Shown: positions 11,951 to 25,582 of the stretch, one piece after another | How positions within the stretch are numbered: the stretch's first letter is position 1 | Layout of the letters: each line of letters begins with the position of its first letter | Assembly: GCF_009914755.1 (NCBI RefSeq) | Contig: NC_060931.1 | Strand: one strand, 5' to 3' | Source of the DNA: the human T2T-CHM13v2.0 reference genome, Homo sapiens | Length of the DNA: 64,000 nucleotides | The notes under the pieces: generated by a model | Told to the model about the DNA's origin: nothing | The model's database searches: none | What the model saw: the letters and a program-made list of their open reading frames with translations, nothing else | Made by a program: the position numbers and the translations under genes

Positions 11951-14292
11951 CTGCTATTGCTGAGGTATAGCTTTCAATATTATCACTGATTTAAGAGTTG
12001 ATGTATTTTGAAAAGTCAGACTAATATGGCAGCATTTCGGATGAGGCCTCTTTTGTGTGTCTGCTTTATTCCTTTGTTGGAGTTCCACATTTTCTTTGTG
12101 TGGGACCGAGGAATCATGGAAAATTGCCACTTGTGTGATAAATTACTGTTTTCACCCATCAAACATAGAAAATGCTCCATGTGAGCCTTGCACACCATTA
12201 TGTTGTCCCTTCTAGGACCCTTTGAAAGTCAGCAGGGTGCATCTGGCTGAAATTCAGTCAGGCGATTAAATTTATTCAAGCTTGGTGAACTTGAGAGCTT
12301 TCAAAAGAAGAGTAGCTGAAGGGATGAGATTATAGTCCTGACAGGGCTCTGGAAAGGGTGTCTGACACCTGACGGCTCACAGCGAGCCATGGTACCTGTT
12401 CCCATTGATTTGCAACAAAGTCTTTCTCAATAAGTATTTCCACTTAACATTTCCTCTCAGGGAACCTGTGCCGTTGAAGATATTTACAAGTTGCTTTCAG
12501 CTTAAAAATAAATCACCTCTAATTCCTCTAAGCGAAATCAATCAAAAACCTGTAAAAAATGGACTGGTTGTTTGGTCGATTCTGGCAGAAAAGTAAACAG
12601 CACTTCAGCTTTTCTCCGCCATTAAGGCCTAAATGGCCTAGAAAGTAAATCAATATTTCTAGTCAGCCTTCTGGCTATTGTTTAGCCAGTAGATATGGAT
12701 TTCTCTGGCTTACTGAACTCCTTTGGGACTAGCCTATAATCCTCTGAGAGGAATAATAAGTTCGTTATCTAGTTCAGCTCTCTGTTGTACATTTAAATGG
12801 ACTACATCCATCAGCAGCCCTTGTTAAAGTTAAAGGGTGAGGGCATCCCATTCAACCCCCTTTAGAGTGAGACACTTCCAACACAGTGAGGGGGAAATTA
12901 TAATTCAAAGTTCTACTGGTTGGCAAATGGCCTAAAAACCCTAAGTAGGGGTGAGGCAGTAATTTGAGTATGAGGAGGCATATCATACTGCTGTTTCAAG
13001 CTAGGAAATGCTACTTGCCCATTTCTGAGTATACTATGATACATACATAAGGGTATTTGCTAGAGAGTCTCTCATTATTCCTACTAGTCCTTCTTGAATG
13101 TTTTTATTTAAATACTCCTGTGATTCTGAACAGTAAAAGCTATCAGAACTTTCCTGATGTAGCAAACCAACATGCTTCCACCTCTCCTTGTCAGCAAATG
13201 GAGAATCTCATACTTCTACTAATTTTACTTTAATAATTTAAAAATGACTGTACTAACAGCTTGGCAATGCAGTTTTTGAGGGTTTTAGAAGATAAGAATC
13301 CTGGATAAAAGACCATTCCTTGAAGAAATTAATTTCCCCTTGCCTTTCAACTTGATAAACTAAAATTCTCCTTTAAATTCCATCCATGTATTCTGGCTTC
13401 ATATGAAGAAGTGATAATGTAGGAATAATTTATTTTGAGCTATTTTATACACTTAATTTTTATATTATTTTGTTGATTTCTTAACAAGAGCCACAAAGAC
13501 AAAAATGAATTATGATTACTTGAAACTTTCAAATGTAGGTATTTATGGTATCCAAGACATTTCTTTAACAAAACAAAAACAATAGTGTTTCCAAAGGTCC
13601 CAGGTGTCTCTTATTAAGTCTTGGCATGTATTTCATTTAGAGATTGTTTTCATAATTTTTTAAAGTAAAATTATCACAACAGAATTAATAAAGGGAAATA
13701 TAATTATTTAGATAAAATAGTCACAATAGAATTTAGAAGGTAGAATATGTATGCAACATATACTCATTTAGGAATGAAAGTTATTATATTAATGCCTAAT
13801 ATTGAGCTAGCCTATGAAGCTGACTTGTTCTGTAGAGATTTTTACTGCTGCCTTCTTCAAGGACTCACCTCTTCAATTGCCAGAAAGTTTGTTTTAGAGA
13901 GAATACTTAATTATTTGGAAATCTTTTATGGGGAAAAATTAAATTCAGTAAAAATCAACCTAAAAGTTTGTATTCAATTTGATACGTTTGTTAACTACAC
14001 TTGCTAGAGGTATTTTGTGATTAAATAATAACTTTACCGATTATTAATGCCACATTAAATTCACTTTTAAGAATTCAGTTAACAACTATTTTTGCATGGA
14101 AATGTAGAATTTTATCTATTTTGGTTTTTGCTGTATTTTGAAGAAGTCTATGCTGAGAATCTGACTGTGACAGATTTTGCTCCTCATAAGCCAAGTCAAC
14201 TTTCTCACTATCACCTTTCATATTCTCCAACTTATTTGATGGCTGATGTTCTTCCCAGGAGGAGATAAAAAGGTGACTTGAATGATAAGGGA

Positions 14293-14600
14293 GGCCAGAC
14301 ATGGTGGCTTATGCCTGTAATCCCAGATTTTGAGAGGCTGAGGCAGGTGGATCGCTTGAGCCCAGGCGAGACCAGCCTAAGCAACATGGCCGGTCTACAA
14401 AAGAAAAAAAAAATAAAAAAAAAAAAAGGAAAAATTAGCCCGGTGTGGTGGCAGATGCCTATAGTCCCATAGTCCCAGCTACTCAGGAAGCTGAGGTGAG
14501 AGGATCACTTGAGCCTGGCAGGTTGAGGCTGCAGTAATCACACCACTGAACTCTGGCCTGGGCAACAGAATGAGACCCTGTGTCAGGAAAAATAAAAGAA
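14293..14600 (+). mobile_element. AluJ (Jo/Jr)
   Basis: ggatcgcttgagcccagg, expanded middle A-tract, gaggatcacttgagcc, gagaccctg; small internal deletions and an 8-bp duplication (atagtccc x2). Confidence 0.9.
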
Positions 14601-15834
14601 AGAATGGTAAAGACAAAGGGCTCTTCTCCGTCTTTTAGATATATTGACACTTGATTTTCATACTTTTAATTCTTCAGTAGTGTTCACATGCTTAAAGTTA
14701 AAATAAATGCAAAATGCTCACTGTATTCTCATTCTAAAATTGCGTTGGAATGATATAATATTGAGAGACTTTACTAATCATATGAAATGAGAATCAGATA
14801 GAAATGATAGAATTTATTTGCAAAATTGAGTTGATTTTTCATGTTTGATTATACTTCAACATCCCTATTAAAGTTTTACTTAAATGGTGTGAAAATTTAC
14901 ATAAGAACTATAACTCTTAGTACATTTATAATATACATTTCATGTGTTTTCCAAAACAATTTGGAAATCAGGTTATGTCTGCATAACCTGACAATACCAA
15001 AATGTATCTATCTCTTACTTGTCAGGAAACATTTCTTACCAACTGACTTGGAGGTATGAATGCATGTAAATTTTCTCTGTATTAGCTTCATTTTTATTCT
15101 GATGTTTGAGAAACACTAACATATATAGAGAAATATTATTATATCAATAAGGTTTAATTTGCCAGTCAAAACCTTTCAAGATTATAAGGTTATAGCCTTT
15201 ATCTGGGAGTTGTCAGTACTGGATGAGGTTGCCAACACAAAAAGGTAGTGAGAATCTAGTTGTTTATTTTGTTTTGTATTGCGTTAACATGATATAATCA
15301 CTTTTCTGAGAAACATAAGTTATTTCTGCATCCTCATAATTATCAGTGAATGGAACGTACTATTTATTCAACACATGATTGTTAAAAGAACATATAAATA
15401 AATGAATATGTAAATGAATATATATGACTATAAATTAAGACTACTATTTTGTTTCTGCAGCAGAAGCTTAGACAATTTATTAATGTGTGTCCCTGGGGTC
15501 TTACCAGGGCATGCAGTGGCATTGACAGAATGAATTAACTGAGTGAAGCTGTTTTGGTGCTGTTGTCTAAACTCAGAAAGTGGAGAGTAGTTGACAACAA
15601 AAGAGTTTGGTCAAATCCTATTGGAAATTCCAAATCCCATTCGCAAAAAGTGGCTATAACAAACAATTACAATGAATAAAATAAGAATTTGATCAGTCAC
15701 ATTCGACTGACTAGAAGACATTTATTCTATATACCAAGATAGCTTTGGAATAAGAATTTCTCTAACATCCTTTCACATAGGAGATAAAACTTCTACAGAA
15801 ATAGCTCTGTGCTACATCAAAAGCATTTCAGGGA

Positions 15835-15893
15835 AGGGCTCAGCCAATTATAACCTGAGGGCCAAAACAGACCTGTTTTTTGTTTTTGTTTTT

Positions 15894-15926
<33 letters not shown>

Positions 15927-16512
15927 AGACGGAGTCTCGCTATCGCCCAGGCTGGAGTGCAGTGGCGCGATCTCGGCTCACTGCAAGCTCTGCCCCCTGG
16001 GGTTCACGCCATTCTCCTGCCTCAGCCTCCCGCGTAGCTGGGACTACAGGCGCCCGCCACCTTGCCAGGCTAATTTTTTGTATTTTTAGTAGAGACGGGG
16101 TTTCACCGTGTAAGCCAGGATGGTCTCGATCTCCTGACCTCGTGATCCGCCCGCCTCGGCCTCCCAAAGTGCTGGGATTACAGGCGTGAGCCACCGCGCC
16201 CGGTCAACAGACCTGTTTTTATACAGCTTGTGTATGTGTAACTGATTTGATGACAACGAACACCAATTTTGAACCACTATTAAGCAAAATGTTACTTCCC
16301 CAAAACAAATAACCATCTTTCTCATTAGTATACCATATGATTTAAAAAAGCACTCAATATTATATTTTTAATGTTATTAATGCATACTATGTAGAAATTT
16401 ATTCTTTCTTTTGATGTAATAATCTACATAAATATCTTTAATTTTGCATCTTGGACTGCAAAGTATGAGAATTCATTATCTGGCCTTTACAGGAAAAGTT
16501 TGCCAATCCCAG
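15835..16512 (+). mobile_element. MER58B/C-type hAT MITE split by AluY
   Basis: 5' 'gggctcagccaattataacctgagggccaaa' and 3' 'atctggcctttacaggaaaagtttgccaatcccag'. Confidence 0.6.
15881..16205 (-). mobile_element. AluY (AluYe-lineage-like), young
   Basis: Perfect 15-bp TSD aacagacctgttttt (15866-15880, 16206-16220), ~45-nt tail, most CpGs intact. Sense strand reads GAACCCCAGGGGGC and GGGCGATAGCGAGAC (2-nt deletion), as in AluYe. Confidence 0.95.
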
Positions 16513-19500
16513 TGCCAGTGTATCACACTGCTCTCGAAGGATCATGAAATATTTACATTGCTAATTTAGCTGATACAACATCTTTAGGCCTTTATCTTCT
16601 CTTCCTTCATCTCACCATCTATTTAACTATCTTATTAATCCACCTTGGTTAGAGAACCCTCAAGGATAATGTTTTTATAGTGTCTAACGATTTCTTTGTT
16701 CTAAATCTGAACGAGAAACTCTGTGTCTACTATTTGGTCTAGAAAAACCATAAGCAACCTCTCTGAACTGATGTTACATATAACATGAAGATTGTGTATA
16801 TCACCTTAGAGCCATGCAACTAAGAACAACATGAGTCTGGTGACACAGATCCAATCTGAGGGGAGCTAGCTGGACATGGCTGTATGGTGAATTTTTAAAA
16901 AGAAAGAAAAAAAGTAAGCACTTAGTTCAGTTCATTTCTTTTTATCTTAAATAGCACAAAATTATCCTTTTGTCATTTAATTCACAGTGGTATCTAGAAA
17001 TCAGTGATGGAAAAGATCAATTAGGTCATTTAGCTCCTTTCCAAGGTTCCAATTTTCTCTTTCAGCATATTAACTTTTGCCTGTCCAAATTTAAGTGACT
17101 AAAGAGATGGGTTTCCACAACTTACTTGGGAGATATTTCTAAATCAAATTTATCTGTACCAAAGCATCGTTAAAGACTTTGCTATTAGAGTTATACTAAA
17201 TTGTTCTCTGCTTAATTGCATCTCATTTTTCCTTCATTCCTCTTGGCTACTCAAAGCAAACTTTGTTTTTCTTTGAATAGATTTATTTTAGACCAGCTCA
17301 TCCTCATATATTATTGACAAAGAATATATCATTAATTGTTTCTGTTCATTACATGAATTGTTGCTTAAATATTTTTGTTCTTTTGCTCAGAAACCACAGT
17401 GGAAAGGAGGCCACTTTGTATTAAAAATAACAATATTTCATAGGAAATTCTCTTAAATTCATCAAGGGATCCAGTGGCTGTGCATAACCTTTTCTAGCTT
17501 CAACCCATCGAACATGAATGCCATGTAAGTTGTTGTTATATCTTCACCTTTCTTCCTGCTATTCATTTCCCCATCAATGACCATTTTTTTTTTTATTTTC
17601 TGAAACTTCAATCACATTAAGCTTTTCTTTTTTCTGCCATAAAACATGGCTCCCATACCCCTCATTGATTAAGTCTAACTCAAGATATTCTAAGGATGCT
17701 AGGTTCAACAGCATATTGTTCTCTTCTTCCTGCCCAATTGATGGATATCCTGTAACACAATCTTGAATCCAAAAATGAGCTGATTAAAGAAGTATTAAGA
17801 AAATCCATATATATGACTAAGTCAATCCATCAGTGTTTTGCTCAGTAGGGTCAACTTTTCTGTATGTAGAAAATACCACTGCCAGGAGATAGTAATGAAC
17901 TACGACCTCTGAGAGTGTTGCAACAGGAACTAACAACAAGGAAACTTTTGCTATTAGAGCAAATAGACTCCTAATCAACATATTATCGATCCTTCATTTT
18001 TGTCAAGGTTATTTTGTGCTTTAAAAAATGATCCTACAGCAAGGCTTTAATAGGAAAAGTAGACTAATTTGATTTAAAGAGTAAATGCTATTAATTATGA
18101 AAGACAGTCAATAAAAAGCTTGTTCTTCCAAACATAAAGGCAAATCTTATAGTGCCTTTGATTTATGGTAATGAATACAATGATGAAATATTTTGACTAG
18201 TATCTCTTACTCTCACCCTACCTTTTGCTGTTTTTCTTGCTCACACATTAGAAATACTTAAAATAATCTCTTCCAAGCCATTTTTGGAACAAAATAATTT
18301 TTATAATTTAGTAAATATACTTTTTAAATAGATAAACCTGTTACACAATATTTTGATATTATTTCCAGAAGAAATGTAACAAAAAGGAAAAATTTCATTT
18401 TATGTTTAAAGATATGGGTAAACATTTATAGTTGCTTATTATAAGTTGATGTTCAAACACCATATAGTGATGAGATTTAAACAAGAATTTTAGCATTCTA
18501 AAATCCAGATAAGTAAAAAATTTCAGAGAACTACCATGTTTAAATGATATATTACTATATGTAAAAATATGTGCAAATACCAAACATGTAATATTCTGTA
18601 TTCTGACATATTAAATCTGTTAAAGCCATTTTTAGGTTCCATTAATTTATTATTCACATTATTTTATCTGAAAGAAATTAAGATATACATTATTTCACAA
18701 TAATAAAAAACAGTGAATTTAAGAAAAAATTCTTGAACATCTATATATAACCTATTGGATTACTAGTTTCTCTAAGAAAAAGGGTTAATGCTTTATTTCC
18801 CTAAAATGATCTAATTATATGCATTGCAAGTTATTTTATGTCTCACTTCAATAAGGTAAAATTTATTGGTTATAAATTATACATTTGAAGGACTGCTTTC
18901 AATATAACTTTCCTCATTATGAGTCATCAATATATGAATTGTTTAGTCTTCTAGACTGTAATTATATGACTATATCACTGGAGAATGGTAGGGCAGGTTA
19001 ACCTTACATGTTGGTTAGGATGAGATTTCCTTCTGTTATGAAAGGGTATATTTATAGGTTAGGAATTAATATATTTTAAATATATTAACTGTGAATAGAT
19101 GCAAAGTCTGTTACCTGAAAAATTTCACATTTTTTTCTAAATTTTACTGAAGATTTGTTTATTTGATACAACAATTAATTTCAAGGTGAAATAAAGTAGC
19201 ATATCTTGTAAGAAACAAGAGGCACAGTAGCCTAGCCTTGCATAGTGACTAAATTATCAAAACTTACATGGAACAAATAGTTTGGGCCATTCATTTAATT
19301 ACTAACAGATTATATTTTCTACAAAAAGAAAGCTGTGTTGGCTTACCATCAGGGACTCCATTAATTTTAGATTCATATCAGTCTTTGTTAGACCTTACAT
19401 ACTGAGATTTAATGCAAAGATGATACTCAAGTTCACCTCAAAGCTGAAAACTCCACATCTGTGTGGCCATGGACCAAAAGGCTGTTTTGAGCTTGGATTT

Positions 19501-21929
19501 GTTGATGGGCTTCTTCAAAAAGCATGATATTCAACAACCTTAATGACATGTAGGTTAAAGCAGATGGCATATTTAAACAGAACCAGTATTTATTTTTAAA
19601 ATTGCTATAAGCAGTATGTTTTAAAGTGCTCTGGACACATTTCACACCAGGGTGACAATATGCTTCAATCCACACCAAGCTCTCTTTTAGCTAAAGCTGC
19701 CATGCTATGTGACTATCTACTGAGTTTATAGAGTAATAAAACTCTGAAGACTGAAGCCAGATCTCTGAATAAAAGAGGCAGAATAGTTGCTGTAGTCTCT
19801 GTATCTTACTAATTCAGAGGAAGACGAATTTCTAACTTTGAATAAGGTTGAGAAGATGGCTACGATTTCATTTCCATGGTTTTTATTACAAAAATTATGT
19901 TATATGGAAATATTGAAGAGATTAAATTATTCCGGTCAATAAGTTTTTCAAGCTTTCTGGGAGAGAGAGAGAGAGAGAAATTTACATACAGAAGAAATTG
20001 CGGGGCATGAAAATCTGCTAAGGGTTACATGTTTTCTCGCAATTTTACATAGGTAGACAGGACATGATCTAAATGTTCTTGAAGATAGAAAATTAGATTA
20101 TTAGTATGAATAATTGTGTTGTACTATATGAAGAGCTAAAGTTACAAATACCAGTTTCACTAGTACAAGACCGGGCAGGGGATAAGAATTGTGAGTGCGC
20201 TGACCTGTGGGAGTTTGCCGTTCTCTGTTTAAGCGTAGTGGTTGGCCTACTGTTAACATGTGGACTATTTTAGGAGAATAGAAGTACTAGTGCATATTTG
20301 CACCTTTCCCTTTTTCCATAGTCCAGTTGTTAGAAATATTCTGTAAGTATATTCTCAGGTTCTACTGTGGAAAGTGGGTTCTTTTCTTCTTTACTCCTTT
20401 TAAGATAGTAAAGATCACCTCTCTGAGAGTCTAGAACTGCTGTGTCCTTCTAGTCAAAAAGTTGCTTTGTTCATTGCGTTTCTTCATTGCTCATTTTCTT
20501 TAGCCTTACAGAGTCTCTTTACCACTTCTATCACTATGTGTGACCTGCATGTTCACCACCAGGGTCCAGTGGACACTTCTTTGTCATATATTTCTCCTTT
20601 TGATTACTTATTTTTCACTTTTGTTTGGTTACGTTTTGTTTCATGTTGCTTCTCTTGTACTTCTTAGCTTTCATGCAAAAAAAAGTGGATTGTGCTTGTT
20701 AGGTAATTTAAGCATTTTTCATTATGAATGCTTTCTTATGTCAAGTATAGTATTTGGGTTTTCTCCTTTTAGATAAATTAATTGTTCCCGGGTGCTCAAC
20801 AATTCGGCTTTATTTTCAAGGAACTGGGAGTCTTCTCTTTTGTTTGTTATTTCAAAATGAATAGTGGTACAAAACAGTGGTGCAAAAAATAGTGTTGCAA
20901 AAAATCTGATTTCAGATGGCCACAATTTTACTGAAATATCTGAACACTCAGCATCAATATAAACATTGGAATCACTTCAAAGGATGTTTTACGCATTGGA
21001 GAAATGCAAGATAGATAAATGCTCACCTATTGCAACTATCTAAATATCTACTTTGATCTCATCCTCTTGAATGATTTCGATCAATGGTAATGACTGGGTG
21101 AAGAGAATAAAGATAGGAAAAATGAAGAAATGCCAAGTTTTACAGTAGCCATTGTGAAACATTATGTTAAACCACATTTACCAATAAATAAATGGTCTTC
21201 TATGTTTCCTTGAGCTGAGGCCTTGAGACTGTCCTTGTGAATACAAAATGAAAATTAGAAAAACAGACACTTTATAATGAACATCAGTAGGATCTGTATA
21301 TGGTACTAAAGGCATAATTCATTCAAAAGGCTGAGCAACTGACAATCAATGCTTTGAGCACAAATTCACATTATGATTTTGACAAATTCACACTATCATT
21401 TTCAAAAGAAATAGCGAGGCAAAGCTATAAAATTCTTTTATAAAAAAGAAAACTTACTGGGATGTGTGAAGGCAAAATCTTGGACTCTGTTTTTATTATC
21501 ATTTTGCTCTTCCAAAATGAGCAAATCATCTACAGAAGTAAAAGATTTAGTAGTAACTTTATTCTGATGAGCTAGAATGAGAGTAGAGCCAGAATAGAGA
21601 TTAGAAGCTCATCAAGGGGATGGAATCAGAGTGAACAGTTGTTGGCATTTGTTATCTGGAGTCATCTATGAAGTAATATGAGCTCAGGATGCTAACACAT
21701 GGTCTATGACTAAAAAAAAAAAAGTTGCAGAAACAAGAGGGAGGCAAGATATTGACTTGCAGAAGGTTATGATTTTGAAATTCATTAAGGTTTTCAGGTT
21801 GGTTGTGGGCCCAGACTAATGCTTAGGAAAGATCTAGGGGCTGCTCGAATGCAACCCCAACAAGTTATATGCCTGTAAAATTTGCAGATCTGAATATCTC
21901 ACATTTACAACCCGCAGACGTGAAGAGAA

Positions 21930-22160
21930 AGTATAGTGAAATTAGTAAGAGATTTGGACTCAAGAGATATGAGTTCAGGAGTTTCCTCGGCGACTTATAA
22001 AACATATGTATCCGAGTTGAATTTTTAACTTCTCCAAGGCTCATTTTCTGATTGGCAAAATGGCAATACCACTATTACCACCATCATTACTACTACTAGA
22101 ATAAAAGTGGTCTAAAGCTATTGAGAATATATCAAAAATATATTTGAAAGCATTTGGTAC
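21930..22160 (+). mobile_element. MIR fragment
   Basis: 'ttggactcaagagatatgagttc...ttaacttctccaaggctcattttctg...aaaatgg' MIR layout. Confidence 0.5.
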
Positions 22161-24881
22161 AGAAAACAAAATGTTAGTATTCATTATTATAAATATATAA
22201 TAATGGTTAAATAGCCACAACTTTTTGTATATGGAGCTATTTATGTGAGAAAAATAACTTACCATATTTGAGTTTTCAGTTATTTTATAATCAATAGCTC
22301 CAGTTAATGCCCTAAAACCTAAATATTAGTGAGACAGAAGTACGTAACTTGTTTGATATTAGTTAAATTTAGAAAAAATATATTTTATTAATAACAATAC
22401 TTACAAAGCCGTTCATCCTGAAACAATAGTACCTATAATACAAATAACCCTTAACTAATTTTATAACTAAGTGCTAAGATTAAAGGAAAAAAATGTGAAT
22501 TGATTACTATGTATAGTGACTGTCCTATATATTTACTTGTATAAAAAAGCAAGTTTTGATTTTAGCCTGAGATAAAAGAAAACTTAGAGTTGATAGTACT
22601 TTAATTGAGAAAGACTATGGGATGACATCCAAATTATGTGTTTCTAGAATGGCAATGAAAATCTACTTCAACAGGGTGTTCTTTGAAAAAGTCATTCCTC
22701 TTGAAGTTCTCAAAAAGAGACAGAATAGGGAACAGACTATTCTGAAGCCTTTGAATCTAACAAAATGACAAAATGAAAGTTTTTTTTAAACAGTCTTCAT
22801 AGACTGCCAGATTTTTCTCTTTTGATAGAAGAGATACACGAAGGACAATATTAACAAGAAATTTAGAATATTACAAAAAACACCATAAATTTTGACGATA
22901 AGAATATTTTCAAATTATTTTAAAAGAAGTTCTAAAGTATTTAACAGACTATCCATAAAAAAGCATTTGTATGCTGAAGTGCGTGTAAAAATAGTTACTA
23001 AAAATCCATTTTGAAGCATCATATAAATCTCTTCAATTAAATTGCAAATCAAAGAGGAAAACACCCTTTATGGTCTCCTTTAGAGTAAGGACCATGATTT
23101 CATTTCCTTGTGACTCTCAGTAATGCCAAACATAATGCATGTTCAGTAAATAGTCAGAATAACCCACAGACTTCCTTACATTATGTTTAATAATTTGTGA
23201 CTCCTAGAGAAGTTAAGCAGTGATTCCTCAGAGAAATCACTGAGCTAATCCAATAAAAATTCGAGTATTTCAGGTCTCTTCTGCTGTTTCTACACTAGCC
23301 AAGTACAAGTATATACTCTGGCATTTGGACATATACTTGTGCCTCTACAGAAAGCACCATATTCTCCAGAGATCTGGCAAGTAACAGACTTCATCTTGCC
23401 AGTGTAGAAATAGCATTAGAGCAAGACTAATTGCTGGAAAGCCTGTTCAGAAAGATTTGTCATTCAGGATGGTAAAAATAATCCTGCTTTTCAGCGTACA
23501 TTCAAACTTTTTTTTATTTCCAGTATTTAATGGAGATCAAAACATTACCATTTCCACAAGTGAATGCGTTTTATGTAATGCAGCTATTTCCTTTGATTTG
23601 AGTTCAAGCAGAAAGGCTAAAATGAAAAAAAAAATTCTGTCTAGACGTATCATGTTTGTTTCTTGTGTGAGATGAAATTTATTATCCTGAAATGTGGCTT
23701 AAGGACATATTTATATGTGTTATAAGTATCTTATTGAAAAACAGAAATGCCAAGAGGGAGAGACCTCTTAGATATACCCTTGAAAACATAGTCAAGTTTA
23801 AGCAGGTCACATTCAGTGGGGGGTCCAGAGATTTATATTCAGGGAATCTACCGAGCTATCCTTGACTGCCTCCCCACTCAATTTGCTGTCCTGTACTAGA
23901 TATGTTGTCTTGTTGACTACAAAATCACCACCAAATATGTCTGCTTATAGTAGCAGCAGCCAACACCTTGCATGACTTTATTAACCTGATTCTGCCAGTG
24001 ACAACATCTCTAATAAAATCCAATGTCTCTGATTATTTTAACTTTTGGCTCAAGGTTTCCACTTTTAAAAGAATATTACCTACTAGATTTTCAATCATAA
24101 TCCAAAATGTCTTCCATTGTGCATGGCCAAATTGCCATAGTCTTATCTAAACAGTTCAGATCAAGCCAATTTCTTAACTCTCAACCTTTAATAGTAATGT
24201 GAACATAGCTGTTGGATTTCTAGCACCTTGTTCCCTTATCTACCATCTCATAAGCCTGAGAAAGCATATCTGTGATTTGTAACACAAGAGAGCCAACATA
24301 ACCACAGTAAATAAAAGAGAAACATGTTATGATGTTAAGCCAGTGCACTGCTTGGCATGCATTAAGTTCACTGTAGCTGAAAAAATAACTGTGAGGCTCT
24401 ATATCCCATTAACACTGTGTTAATTATTGTCATTGTCTCATCAATGTTTTGTTTATGACAGCTCTGGCTGACAGGAATAGTGGGATGTTCTGTCAAGGCC
24501 ATCACCTGATGAGATTTTATTGGCAAAAGATCTTTCTTCCCTTTACTATGTTAGGGGTATCAGTGCTTCATTAACTCTAAACATAATCGCTTGCAATAGG
24601 CCCAGTTTTTAAATGTTTCAAATAATTGATATAATAGTCCCTTTCCAGCATTATAGTTAACCAATTCACCCTCTAAAAATGAGAGACATCCCTCAATCTC
24701 TCTCAACTCAAAAGACCACTCAATGGCAGTCAAATATGAAAGGAAAATACTGTCTCACTGGGGAAGACTTTTTAATACGGATAGGATGTTTTATTCCTTT
24801 ATGTATGATACCTGTGAATAAAGAAAGCCTCCATAGAGGAGGAAATCTATCTCAAGAAAAAAATAAAACACAATAATTTGT

Positions 24882-24907
24882 ACACACACACACACACACA
24901 CACACAC
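24882..24907. repeat. (AC)13 microsatellite
   Basis: Perfect dinucleotide run. Confidence 0.95.
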
Positions 24908-25582
24908 CCTATTCAGCTATGATGAATCATTGCCCTCTCCCTTTTAAATCTTGCTCAATGAGAGGGCTGTGGGGTACTACAGATTCTTGGGCAGGGGCTA
25001 ATAATTACCATTCTCTTTTTAATTATTTATTTCTATATATAGAAATAGATTATATGAGATAGATCTATTTCATTTCATATATGACACTCAATCCTTATTT
25101 TTTAAAAGAAAGAAGGAAGATTGCATCATTCTTACCATTAAACTGTCTTATCACAGCTTAGCTATTTCTGTAAGTGAAAATATTTCAAGCTAAATGAAAG
25201 TTCCCTGCAATTTCAAATTCACAGAATAATTCTAATTTAATGATAAAGATGATACTCCTACCCATATCAATGCCTAATTTTAATTCCAGGAACATAGTTT
25301 CTTACTAACATTGCTTTTGCTTTTTTTTCCTTATTGACTGCTAATACAATTCTTTATGACACTGGGTGTGCGCTCTAGTCTACAATTTAGGAATTGCATA
25401 TTTTAAAAATGACTCAGTTTCCTCACTTATGTCATTAGAGTCAAATTTGCTACTCTGTTTAACCTGCAATACTGTTATGACAATATGAAATTTATGAGTA
25501 TGACAGTATGTAAAAATAGCTATCAAAATGTGAAAAGTTATTATCTATAGCACTGACCTGAACCATAAGTAGGTACTATAAG

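Noticed and set aside
14144-14272. Possible exon (NAGNAG acceptor, AAG|GTGACT donor)
   Set aside because: The donor is mediocre, there are stops in all frames, and there is no supporting context.
20158-20291. 9-bp inverted repeat (cactagtac/gtactagtg) around a CpG-containing patch as a possible MITE
   Set aside because: Arms are too short, there is no TSD, and I recognise no family.
21360-21403. Diverged 22-bp duplication (also 13-bp duplications near 8372 and 43959)
   Set aside because: Ordinary slippage products with no further structure.
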